DNA of 64,000 nt, taken from positions 1-64,000 of the IMG/VR virus record IMGVR_UViG_3300025889_018307. One strand, written 5' to 3'. The notes under the pieces are model-generated. The model saw nothing but the letters and a program-made list of their open reading frames with translations. It made no database searches and was not told the DNA's origin. Each line of letters starts with the position of its first letter. Within the stretch, counting starts at the first letter, position 1. Below, one piece after another: positions 30,913 through 40,007 of this stretch. Origin of the DNA: a virus. Both the position numbers and the translations under genes were made by a program.

Positions 30913-33906
30913 ATGAAAAAACTACAGTTATTATTACTAACACTTTTAATACCTTTTTTAGGTTACACACAGGGTTCTTGGATTCACATACAATTAATGA
31001 CGGACAATTATCCGTCTGAAACAAGCTGGAATATTACACCTCCTGGTGGTTCACCCATTATTATAGAAAATGGTAGCAATATGCTACCTAATACAATGTA
31101 TGACACTATTGTTCAACTTAGTGGTACAATAATTGCTAGTATATATGATTCTTTTGGTGATGGTTTAGGTTCATCTCAATGGGGTGGAACTGATGGTTGG
31201 TTTATGATTAGTAATTCATGTCAAGATACTTTAATGTATGTTGCAGGAGATTTTGGAGACAGTTTAATACAGACTCTTACTGTTGCTCCCTGCGCCCCAC
31301 CAACAGTTGGTTGTACAGACCCATCTGCATTGAATTATGATTCAACCGCTTATATTTCAGACCCTAGCTCATGTATATTTTCCCCATGTCAGGGTCTTTT
31401 AACTTCTACAGCATCACAAAACTGTTTACCTGGTGGCCAAACACTTGTTATATTTAATTGGACTTTAGATAGTAATACAAATTGTACACCTGTAAAATTT
31501 TGGTATTCAAACGAAAATGGTGTTGGTCCTTTCCAATATGGACTTAATCCTAACGCATTAGATTTTGCAGTTTATGCTGGTAATGGTCAAATGCCACCTA
31601 ATTGGTCAGTAGAACACTATGGTCAAGTTGAATTTTTAGATGGTACTTTATCTGATACTATATTTTATACACCTACTGCTTGTATAGCTGGTTGTACTGA
31701 TCCTACACAAGTATCATACAATCCTTGGGCTACTTATGATGATGGTAGTTGTGCGGGGACAAATTGTGACACAGCAACACAATATCAAATAACAATGGAA
31801 ATTACATTGGACAATTGGCCTGGTGAAACATCATGGATAATGAATAGTTTAGGTGTAGTAGATGAAGCAACCCCGGGAACATATGATTTTAATGATATAG
31901 GTCAAACATATACTTATACTTTTTGTATAGATCAAAACGCAGGATTTGAATTAATTGTAAACGATACTTACGGTGATGGTATGGCTGGTTCTACTTCTGG
32001 TGGTTCTATGGATGGTATGATTGTTATTTATGACTGTAATGGTGATACTATTTGGTATATGGATAATCCTGGATTTGGAAATATATTATATTCAGGACAA
32101 CAATTTGGAACACCTTGTCCTACTATACCCCCAGTTTTAGGATGTACAGATGATGACTATGTAGAATTTAATCCATTAGCTAATGTAGATGATAGTTCAT
32201 GTGTTACACTACACACTTATGGTTGTATAGATTCAACTGCATTTAATTACGATCCAAATGCAACTATAATGGATTTAATACCTGACTGTAATTACTTGTT
32301 AGAAATATTTGATGCAGCAGGAGATGGTTGGGGTAATTCTTATATTGGTGTTTATCAAAATGGTCTTAACCTTGGAACATATACAATGGGTCCTGGTAAT
32401 TATGTTAATTCTTGGAATATTATTTTAGACCCAGGAATTCCAGTAGAAGTATTTTATTTTGAAGTAGGTGGACCACAACAACCACCTCAAGAAGTTCAAT
32501 TCCAAACTTGGCATAATTCATTTAAACTTACAAACGCTGATGGTTTTGTATTAATACATGAAGGTCAAAATCCTTTTGCTAATAATGGTCAAGGAGCACT
32601 ACAAAGCTTTGAAAGTCCATTTTGGACAAAATATGTAGATATACCTTTCTGTGGTAATACTTGCATACCAGTAGTTTTAGGTTGTATGGATACAAATTCA
32701 TTTAATTATGATTCATTAGCAAATGTAGATGATGGTTCATGTATGCCATTCTTATATGGATGTACTAATGTTTTTGCAATAAATTATGATCCACTAGCTA
32801 ATGTTGATGATGGTTCATGCATACCATTTATAAATGGATGTACTGACTCTACAGCAGACAATTATAATTCTCTTGCTAATACTGATGATGGTTCTTGTTA
32901 CTACATTGGTTGTATGGATATAGCTGCTTGTAATTTTGATTCAACAGCGACAGTTAATAATGGATGTCAATATCCAGTACAATATTATGATTGTAATAAT
33001 GTGTGTTTACTGGATTCAGATGGTGATGGTATTTGTGATGAATTAGAAATACCGGGTTGTACTAATCCTATTGCTTTAAACTTTGATATTACAGCAACAG
33101 ACGATGATGGAACATGTATTTTACCAATTTATGGTTGTACTGATCCTTTAGCTTTCAACTACGATCCTTTAGCTAACACAGACAACGGATCTTGCGTACC
33201 TGTAGTATATGGTTGTACTGATCCAACTCAATTTAATTATAATCCACTAGCTAATACAGACAACGGATCTTGTATACCATTTATTTACGGGTGTACTGAT
33301 GCAGCTGCTTTCAATTACGATCCTTTAGCTAATACAAATGACAATAGTTGTTGTTTAATTGCTGGTTGTACTGATCCTTTATCAGTTAACTATAACGAAT
33401 TTGCTTGTTTTGATGATAATTCATGTATAACAGCAGTTCCTGGTTGTACTGATGTTTCAGCTTACAATTACAACCCAGCAGCTAACGTTTCAGATTCAAC
33501 AGCATGTTTATATGATGCTGGTTGTTATGGAGGACCTGGAATACCATATTGGTTAAATGATGGATGTTATGCTTGGGTAATTAGTGTAGATGATTATTGT
33601 TGTACTAACGATTGGGATCCTACATGCCAATCAATGTATGATTATTGTCAATTAGGTTGGCCAACTAATATTCCTGATGTTTCGGCTTTAGGTATAGTTG
33701 TTTATCCTAACCCAACAAGAGGATTAATTCATATAGAAACTAGATTAGAAATAGAAGTTGAAATTTATGATATGACTGGTAAATTATTAATTAAATCTAA
33801 TAATGCTTCTAATAGAATTGATATAAATGATTTCCCTTCAGGTATTTATAATATGACAATAATACATGAAGATAAAAGATATAGTAAAAGAATAATTAAA
33901 AATTAA
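30913..33906 (+). CDS. Cys-rich repeat surface protein with T9SS type A C-terminal sorting domain
   Basis: Sec signal; three D..GDG domains; 14 GC(T/M/I)(D/N)..A.NY-type repeats; C-terminal VYPNP...IYDMTGK...SGIY...KRIIK. Confidence 0.88.
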   Translation: MKKLQLLLLTLLIPFLGYTQGSWIHIQLMTDNYPSETSWNITPPGGSPIIIENGSNMLPNTMYDTIVQLSGTIIASIYDSFGDGLGSSQWGGTDGWFMISNSCQDTLMYVAGDFGDSLIQTLTVAPCAPPTVGCTDPSALNYDSTAYISDPSSCIFSPCQGLLTSTASQNCLPGGQTLVIFNWTLDSNTNCTPVKFWYSNENGVGPFQYGLNPNALDFAVYAGNGQMPPNWSVEHYGQVEFLDGTLSDTIFYTPTACIAGCTDPTQVSYNPWATYDDGSCAGTNCDTATQYQITMEITLDNWPGETSWIMNSLGVVDEATPGTYDFNDIGQTYTYTFCIDQNAGFELIVNDTYGDGMAGSTSGGSMDGMIVIYDCNGDTIWYMDNPGFGNILYSGQQFGTPCPTIPPVLGCTDDDYVEFNPLANVDDSSCVTLHTYGCIDSTAFNYDPNATIMDLIPDCNYLLEIFDAAGDGWGNSYIGVYQNGLNLGTYTMGPGNYVNSWNIILDPGIPVEVFYFEVGGPQQPPQEVQFQTWHNSFKLTNADGFVLIHEGQNPFANNGQGALQSFESPFWTKYVDIPFCGNTCIPVVLGCMDTNSFNYDSLANVDDGSCMPFLYGCTNVFAINYDPLANVDDGSCIPFINGCTDSTADNYNSLANTDDGSCYYIGCMDIAACNFDSTATVNNGCQYPVQYYDCNNVCLLDSDGDGICDELEIPGCTNPIALNFDITATDDDGTCILPIYGCTDPLAFNYDPLANTDNGSCVPVVYGCTDPTQFNYNPLANTDNGSCIPFIYGCTDAAAFNYDPLANTNDNSCCLIAGCTDPLSVNYNEFACFDDNSCITAVPGCTDVSAYNYNPAANVSDSTACLYDAGCYGGPGIPYWLNDGCYAWVISVDDYCCTNDWDPTCQSMYDYCQLGWPTNIPDVSALGIVVYPNPTRGLIHIETRLEIEVEIYDMTGKLLIKSNNASNRIDINDFPSGIYNMTIIHEDKRYSKRIIKN

Positions 33907-33910
33907 AACT

Positions 33911-34135
33911 ATGAGTTGGAAAGAAATTTTTAAAGATGAAAATGAATATAATGAAAAATCTATAGTTGGTTTCATTGCATTCCTAATGATGGTAGTTGTA
34001 ATGGTAGCTGATTTAATAACAGGATGGATTGGAAAAGACTTAGTAATAAATGAATATATTTATGATTCATTTGTAATAGTAGTACTGGGATGTTTTGGTA
34101 TTGCTGGTTTAGAAAAATTCGCAAACAGAAAATAA
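33911..34135 (+). CDS. Two-TM membrane protein (holin-like)
   Basis: 74 aa, two TM helices, near the lysin. Confidence 0.5.
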   Translation: MSWKEIFKDENEYNEKSIVGFIAFLMMVVVMVADLITGWIGKDLVINEYIYDSFVIVVLGCFGIAGLEKFANRK

Positions 34136-34136
34136 T

Positions 34137-34976
34137 ATGAAAGAATTAAAAAACTTTAGAGCATTTCTTAATGAAGCTAATCCAGATGGAACTGTTTCCC
34201 AAGGTGAAGAAAAACAAGCACAAGCTGTAATTGATCAATTTACTAGACAATTAATGGTTGAAATGAATAAAGCTGTAAAAGCTTTAGAACAAGTAGGAGG
34301 ATCATTTAGATCACCAGGGTATAAATTAGATTTATATAAAGCTGTAGATCAAATAGTTAATCAATTTAAACCTTCATATTTAGCTGAAGGTCATAGTTTA
34401 AGTGACTCTGACATAGATTATTTAGAAGATTTTATTAATAGATCATCAAATGAAGATAATGTAATATTAAGACGTATTATTAAAAACATTATCAAAACTA
34501 ATATTAAACCTGTAAAAGAACAAAAAACAATTACAGAATTTGTTGGTAAAGAATTAGAAGATAGAAACGAACCTTTATATGATAAATTAGTACCTGGACA
34601 AGGAGATGCTGAAACTATAGAAGGTGAAATGCTAAGAGCTATTAATAGAATTGTTTATCGTTTTTATAATGATGGAGATAAATATTTTGAAGGGTATGGT
34701 ACTGAAACAGCAGGTCCTGCCCATTCATTTTTAGTTAATGCAAATCATCCTTTAAAATCAGCAATGGTTAAACTTTTTGATGAACCATCTGGAGATAATT
34801 CTTATGAAAGAATGCTTAAAGATGTATTAGATATGATTTTAGACTACATTGAATCAAGACAAGGTAAATATACTAAAAATACATTAGGTGGTATATTTGA
34901 CTATGAACCTGAATTTGAAGATGATGAAGAGGATTATGATGATTATGATTATTATGATGATGAAGACGATTATTAA
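34137..34976 (+). CDS. Putative internal head protein (modular)
   Basis: MKELKNFRAFLNEA; repeated [LIV]xE sites; LVPGQG...EGEMLRA..RI.YRFYNDGD domain; acidic tail. Confidence 0.5.
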   Translation: MKELKNFRAFLNEANPDGTVSQGEEKQAQAVIDQFTRQLMVEMNKAVKALEQVGGSFRSPGYKLDLYKAVDQIVNQFKPSYLAEGHSLSDSDIDYLEDFINRSSNEDNVILRRIIKNIIKTNIKPVKEQKTITEFVGKELEDRNEPLYDKLVPGQGDAETIEGEMLRAINRIVYRFYNDGDKYFEGYGTETAGPAHSFLVNANHPLKSAMVKLFDEPSGDNSYERMLKDVLDMILDYIESRQGKYTKNTLGGIFDYEPEFEDDEEDYDDYDYYDDEDDY

Positions 34977-34987
34977 TATTTAAAATT

Positions 34988-35596
34988 ATGGACTGTTATA
35001 CAAGAGAACAAATAGAAAATGCTATGGCTTCAAAAGGCTATAGATATTTTAAATCAGGAGATCTTAACCTTAATATTATAGGAGTTAGAAATTCAGAAAC
35101 AAAAAATAGAGTCACAAATGCTTTTGATGATTGTATTACTTTATCTTATAAATTAGATGGTGAATGGAAATTTCATTGTTTTAAATGTACAACAGATCCA
35201 GGAACTCATTGGGTTGAAAATTTACTTAATCCTAATGGAGTAGCAATATTAAAACCAAATCAATATAGAGGTTCTCACAAAATAGGTTTACATCAAGGTA
35301 AATATGAAGCATTAAGACAACAAAAACCATTAGAAGTTTATCGTGATGATAACCAGGATGGGATTTATGATTGTTTAGAAGAAGATGTTGAAAATGGTAT
35401 TTTTGGAATTAACATTCATAGAGCAACAGCTAAAACTGGGGGCAAATCAACAAGAATAGATAAATGGTCAGCTGGTTGTCAAGTAATAGCATCAAATGAT
35501 GATTTTGCTGTGTTTATGAAAATATGTAATCAAGCAAAAGATCTTTGGGGTAATTCATTTACTTATACTCTTATTGAGTCAAAAGATATTATTTAA
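34988..35596 (+). CDS. Putative endolysin, YkuD/L,D-transpeptidase-like
   Basis: LNIIGVR, TTDPG, GINIHRA...WSAGCQV His/Cys motif. Confidence 0.65.
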   Translation: MDCYTREQIENAMASKGYRYFKSGDLNLNIIGVRNSETKNRVTNAFDDCITLSYKLDGEWKFHCFKCTTDPGTHWVENLLNPNGVAILKPNQYRGSHKIGLHQGKYEALRQQKPLEVYRDDNQDGIYDCLEEDVENGIFGINIHRATAKTGGKSTRIDKWSAGCQVIASNDDFAVFMKICNQAKDLWGNSFTYTLIESKDII

Positions 35597-35610
35597 TTAA
35601 AATTTAAGTT

Positions 35611-36816
35611 ATGTGGAAAAATATCCAAGTAAGATTATTTCCTCTGTTAATTGCATTTTCTGCATTATCAGTTTCATTATCAGCAGCATTTTATTCAATT
35701 AGTGGTTTAAGTAAATTATTTGCAGGAGCTGCACTTGCTGTCATAATAATGGCTGCATCATTAGAAATAGCTAAATTAGTTATAGCATCTCTTTTATATC
35801 AATATAGAAAGACACTACCTAAATTATTAAAATATTATTTATCTATAGCCTGTGTAGTATTAATTTTAATCACTTCTATGGGGATTTATGGGTTTTTATC
35901 TGCAGCCTATCAAGAAACAGCTGCAAAAGCCGGAAATATAGATGCACAAATTACTTTAATAGAAACTAAAAGAGATAATATAAAAGAACAGTTAATTGTA
36001 TATAATGAAGAAAAATCAAGTATAAATAAATCCGTAACGAGCTTACGTAATGGTTTAAGTAACAATATAATACAGTATACAGACACAAGTGGTAATATAG
36101 TTACAACAACTTCATCATCAACACGTAGAGCTTTAGAAAAACAATTAGATCAAGCTATTGAAAGACAAACAATAATAAATTCTAAAGTTGATGATTTGAA
36201 CGATAAAATATTTCAATATGAAACTGAAATAGTTGAAGTAAGAACTAGTGATGCTGTTTCTAGTGAGTTAGGTCCTTTAAAATATCTATCGGGATTAACT
36301 GGAACTCCTATGGACAAAATCATTAATTGGCTACTTTTAACCATTATTTTTGTATTTGATCCCCTAGCAATTGCTTTAGTAGTAGCAGCTAATTTTGCTT
36401 TTGATCAAATTAAATCACCTAAATTTATTCCCCAACCTATAAGGATAAGACAGCCTAAAAAGGTAAAAATGTCAGTTCCTGAAGGTATGGAGTTTGATAA
36501 AGAATATCCAATACCATCTGAAGATTTAAAACAACGAGTAAAAGAAAACCAAGAAAAATTAAAAGTAGTAATCCCAATGCCTCCTAATAGATATTTTCCA
36601 GAAGAAAAAAGAATGGATGTTATAGGCCAAAACGGAAATGATGGGTTACATTATGATAAGTATGATTTAAATAAAGATGGGATAATTGATAAAGAAGAAG
36701 AAAATTATAGAAATGCTGTAGAAGCATTAAAAAAAGAAAAATCAGATGGGGGATGGGATTCTAATTGGTATGCTGAAAAACTCTCAAAAATTCCAAAACC
36801 ACCCTCAAAATCTTAA
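35611..36816 (+). CDS. Multi-TM coiled-coil membrane protein (possibly lysis-related)
   Basis: Three N-terminal TM helices, long coiled coil, ELGPLKY, IIFVFDPLA TM helix, EF-hand-like DLNKDGIIDKEE. Confidence 0.7.
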   Translation: MWKNIQVRLFPLLIAFSALSVSLSAAFYSISGLSKLFAGAALAVIIMAASLEIAKLVIASLLYQYRKTLPKLLKYYLSIACVVLILITSMGIYGFLSAAYQETAAKAGNIDAQITLIETKRDNIKEQLIVYNEEKSSINKSVTSLRNGLSNNIIQYTDTSGNIVTTTSSSTRRALEKQLDQAIERQTIINSKVDDLNDKIFQYETEIVEVRTSDAVSSELGPLKYLSGLTGTPMDKIINWLLLTIIFVFDPLAIALVVAANFAFDQIKSPKFIPQPIRIRQPKKVKMSVPEGMEFDKEYPIPSEDLKQRVKENQEKLKVVIPMPPNRYFPEEKRMDVIGQNGNDGLHYDKYDLNKDGIIDKEEENYRNAVEALKKEKSDGGWDSNWYAEKLSKIPKPPSKS

Positions 36817-36819
36817 TAA

Positions 36820-37011
36820 GTGAAAGAATTTATTAAATTTGTACTAATTTGGATTAGTCAACAATTAGCTATTCCATTTTGGATAGTAGGTCATATTCAT
36901 TTATCATTAAATACTTATGGAGATATTAAAGAAATAATTGCATCTTTGGGTATGAATATATTAGTTGCTATAGGATTTTGGTTAGATTGGTTGAAGACTT
37001 CCCGTAAATGA
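36820..37011 (+). CDS. Small membrane protein
   Basis: 63 aa, hydrophobic, GTG start. Confidence 0.6.
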   Translation: MKEFIKFVLIWISQQLAIPFWIVGHIHLSLNTYGDIKEIIASLGMNILVAIGFWLDWLKTSRK

Positions 37012-37012
37012 T

Positions 37013-37041
37013 TTGGAAAAGCAAGATATCTTTCGTATATT
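37013..37041 (+). promoter_or_regulatory. Early/middle promoter TTGG-N19-TATATT
   Basis: ttggaaaagcaagatatctttcgtatatt. Confidence 0.8.
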
Positions 37042-37062
37042 TATCCTATAAATAAAAATAAT

Positions 37063-37476
37063 ATGAGTAGAGGTAGACCATCAGAAAATATAGTTCACAA
37101 AACTAAATATAAATTAGAATTTTTAGAATATCCTTCAAAACCAGAATTGGGTAGTAAATCTATTTGGCATTTTGATGATAAAAAATCTAAAAATGGTGCT
37201 TATAAAGTAGAACAATTTCCCCCTAAAGGAGAACGAACAGAAAAAATTAAAATAGAAAAAGGTAAGGCATATGGAAAAATGCCTGTTGTTATGGCTTTTA
37301 AAACATCAAATCGTTCTAATGCTAAAACTAAAATAAAAGTATGGAATAATGAAAATATTGATTATATTTTAACAGCTAAAAAACTACCAGGTGTTCCTGA
37401 AAAAGCAATTATATTAGATATTGGTGTAGGTTCATCATTTGTTGAGGAATATAGTAAAAAATATAATCTAGCTTAA
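37063..37476 (+). CDS. Basic hypothetical protein
   Basis: 137 aa, MSRGRP start, own promoter. Confidence 0.7.
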   Translation: MSRGRPSENIVHKTKYKLEFLEYPSKPELGSKSIWHFDDKKSKNGAYKVEQFPPKGERTEKIKIEKGKAYGKMPVVMAFKTSNRSNAKTKIKVWNNENIDYILTAKKLPGVPEKAIILDIGVGSSFVEEYSKKYNLA

Positions 37477-37483
37477 TTTTCAC

Positions 37484-37493
37484 ATATTTATAA
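37484..37493 (+). promoter_or_regulatory. Putative late promoter ATATTTATAA
   Basis: catatttataacaaaa, same context as at 3900. Confidence 0.7.
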
Positions 37494-37507
37494 CAAAATA
37501 TAAAAAC

Positions 37508-38227
37508 ATGGATAATTTTGATCTTAAAAAGTTTGTTAGCGAAAAAACGTTATTAAACGAAAATGCACCTGGATTCTATGATAGAAAAACAGGTGAACCA
37601 TTACCAACATTAGAAAGTGTACAAGCTGCTTATGAAGCTAAAAAAGCTGAGGAAGTAGTTGATGATAAAGATGTTGCGAAAAAAGTAGAAAAAGTACTAA
37701 AAGATGAAGGTGGAGCAGCAGGAAAAGATCCATTTGAAGATTTAGCAGATGAATTAGGTATATCAAAGTTAAAAATGATGAAAATCATTGATGCAATGTC
37801 TAAAGTTAAAAAACACAAATCTGGAGATTATATATTAACTCCAATTACTGAAGGTGTTATTAATGAAGGTAAAAAATCTGAATTAGATAAAAAATTAGCT
37901 GAAATAGATAAAGCAGGAGCTATTACTACTTTAGAAGCTAAAATTGCAGCTATTGATGAAGCTATTGAGGCTAAAAATAGTAGAATCAATATGGTTCAAG
38001 AAGATGAAAATTTATCAGAATTAATAGATAAGAAAAGAGTTAAAGAAATGCAAAAAGAAATTAAACTCTTAGAAAGATCTAAAAAATTATATGAGAAACA
38101 ATTAGATAAGGTTAATGGTAAGAAAAAAGCCAAGAAAGAAATTGTTGATGAGTATAATGTAGAACCACATGATGCACCAGATAATTCAATGAATTCTACA
38201 ATGGATGAAAGAGAATATAAATACTAA
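37508..38227 (+). CDS. Putative internal head protein (modular)
   Basis: MDNFDLKKFVSEKTLLNE; ITEGVINE; coiled coil; late promoter. Confidence 0.55.
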   Translation: MDNFDLKKFVSEKTLLNENAPGFYDRKTGEPLPTLESVQAAYEAKKAEEVVDDKDVAKKVEKVLKDEGGAAGKDPFEDLADELGISKLKMMKIIDAMSKVKKHKSGDYILTPITEGVINEGKKSELDKKLAEIDKAGAITTLEAKIAAIDEAIEAKNSRINMVQEDENLSELIDKKRVKEMQKEIKLLERSKKLYEKQLDKVNGKKKAKKEIVDEYNVEPHDAPDNSMNSTMDEREYKY

Positions 38228-38233
38228 AATAAT

Positions 38234-38998
38234 ATGGCAACAAGAGCACTTATAGGATATTTTGATGATGATAGAGTATTAACTACTACTTATAATCATT
38301 ATGATGGTTATCCTGATCATTTAGGAAAAATGCTAGACAAATATTTTAGTAATGAAGAATTAGCTAAAAAAATAGCAGGTACTGGTTATATTTCATATAT
38401 AGATGATGATGGTAATATAGAAGCCAATAATAAAAGAAATCCTGATAAAACAGAACTTGGTAGAGATTTAGATTGGGAAGATGCGTTACTTGAAATGGCT
38501 AAAGAAATTGATAATTATGGTGCCGATTATGCTTATATTTGGTATGAAGGAGATGGAGATTGGTCTGAAATAAAAAATACAGGAATTAGAAGTATGGTAG
38601 ATCAATTAGCTAATCAATTAGCATCTGCAGCTACAATGTATGGTCCTGTTGATGAAAACAAAGAATTAAAAGAAGAAAATATGAATATAATATTAGACAA
38701 AGTTAAAGAAATAAAACCATTATTTCCAGGAATGGATGATAAAATCTTAGTTGATTTTGTTAAAACTCATATAGAAGATATTAGAGGTGCTTCTGATGAA
38801 GATATTAAAGATGAATTTGAAGAATTCTTCTCAGTTAACTATGAAACAGGAGCTGATTATATGGAAGAAAAGCTTTACACTGCAAATGAAATGGGTGATA
38901 AAGCTGTTGAAGATGAGTCAGCATCAGGGGCATTTGAAGAAGCAGTAAATTGGAGAGGTGAAACTCTTAAAGAACAATTTAAAAGATTATCAAAATAA
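38234..38998 (+). CDS. Putative internal head protein with Y.HYDGYP domain
   Basis: MATRALIG...YNHYDGYP..LG; VDENKELKEE linker; TLKEQFKRL end. Confidence 0.5.
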   Translation: MATRALIGYFDDDRVLTTTYNHYDGYPDHLGKMLDKYFSNEELAKKIAGTGYISYIDDDGNIEANNKRNPDKTELGRDLDWEDALLEMAKEIDNYGADYAYIWYEGDGDWSEIKNTGIRSMVDQLANQLASAATMYGPVDENKELKEENMNIILDKVKEIKPLFPGMDDKILVDFVKTHIEDIRGASDEDIKDEFEEFFSVNYETGADYMEEKLYTANEMGDKAVEDESASGAFEEAVNWRGETLKEQFKRLSK

Positions 38999-39004
38999 AA
39001 ATAA

Positions 39005-39186
39005 TTATGAACCACGCATTGTTCATAGATGCGTGAGTTTCTCAACTTAGTGTGGCTATGCGAATTTAAATTCGTATATTGCATAAATACATTTTGGAAA
39101 AAATGTTAAAGGATGCCACACGAAAAGTGGCATTCGCTACGTTTTTCCAAAAAGTATAAAAGTATATATGGGACGGTCCCATATAT
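39005..39186 (+). ncRNA. Candidate structured RNA / regulatory leader
   Basis: Several stems, whose mismatches mostly read as G-U on the + strand (see findings). Confidence 0.45.
39052..39080 (+). promoter_or_regulatory. Early/middle promoter GTGG-N19-TATATT
   Basis: gtggctatgcgaatttaaattcgtatatt. Confidence 0.65.
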
Positions 39187-39212
39187 TTATTTGTTTAATT
39201 AAAATCAAAAAA

Positions 39213-39623
39213 ATGAAAAGAATGATTTTATGTTTAACTTTAGGGCTAGGTTTAGCTTTTGGAGTGAACGCACAGGAGAAAGGTGACTGGTACATTGGTA
39301 CAGGTGACATTTCTAGCAAAGCATGGACTGAGTGGTCCGTAAATCCAACAGTTGGATATGGAGTAACTGATAACCTTATGATAGGTGTTAACATTTCTCA
39401 AGCTGATTCAACTGCTGATCAAGTTATTGACGCGCATGCAAGATACTTCGTAAGAGGTTACTTTGTATATGCATCAGCACCAAACTTAGATACAGATATG
39501 CTAAGTATAGGTCTTGGTAAAATGTTTACAGTACACAAAGGAGTCTTTGTAGATCCTAAAGTTGTTTACAACACAGGTGAGAAAACGACTAATTTACAAT
39601 TAGGCGTAGGTCTTAAATTTTAA
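39213..39623 (+). CDS. Small outer-membrane beta-barrel protein
   Basis: Signal MKRMILCLTLGLGLAFGVNA-QEKGD, amphipathic strands, terminal GVGLKF. ATG 39213 preferred over 39168. Confidence 0.8.
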   Translation: MKRMILCLTLGLGLAFGVNAQEKGDWYIGTGDISSKAWTEWSVNPTVGYGVTDNLMIGVNISQADSTADQVIDAHARYFVRGYFVYASAPNLDTDMLSIGLGKMFTVHKGVFVDPKVVYNTGEKTTNLQLGVGLKF

Positions 39624-39650
39624 ACTAATTATTAACCAAAAACTAAAAAA

Positions 39651-39881
39651 ATGGAAAAGGTATTTTCGTATTTAAATGGATTTTTAGGTGGATTAGGGTC
39701 ATTATTCTTGGCTTTAGTTCCTGTAACAATCCTATGGTTCGTCTTAACAGGTGGATCGGTTTTCGGGATGGATGTAGTAGCTAATATTACTGCTCTTGTA
39801 AGTGCACTAGGTAATGGTGGATTTGTAGGATTAGTAGTACTAGTAATTCTTGCATCTTTTTTCGTAGGAAACAAAAAATAA
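39651..39881 (+). CDS. Small inner-membrane protein
   Basis: 76 aa, Gly-rich TM helices. Confidence 0.75.
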   Translation: MEKVFSYLNGFLGGLGSLFLALVPVTILWFVLTGGSVFGMDVVANITALVSALGNGGFVGLVVLVILASFFVGNKK

Positions 39882-39900
39882 GTTTAAAATAACATATTTT

Positions 39901-39933
39901 GGGAAAGGGCGCTATTAAGCGCCTTTTCTTTTT
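39901..39933 (+). terminator. Rho-independent terminator
   Basis: gaaagggcgct-atta-agcgccttttc followed by ttttt. Confidence 0.85.
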
Positions 39934-39945
39934 CTATGAAAGCAT

Positions 39946-39986
39946 TTGGCTACCTGAAATATCTTTCGTATATTTACCCTGTAAAT
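39946..39986 (+). promoter_or_regulatory. Early/middle promoter cassette (direct repeat of 43044-43084)
   Basis: ttggctacctgaaatatctttcgtatatttaccctgtaaat. Confidence 0.85.
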
Positions 39987-40007
39987 AATGATAAAAAAAT
40001 AAAGGTT

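Noticed and set aside
31300-33520. DGR target or mobile repeat in the GCTD repeats
   Set aside because: The repeats are protein-level with synonymous divergence. No adenine-specific TR/VR pair or reverse transcriptase is seen in the window.
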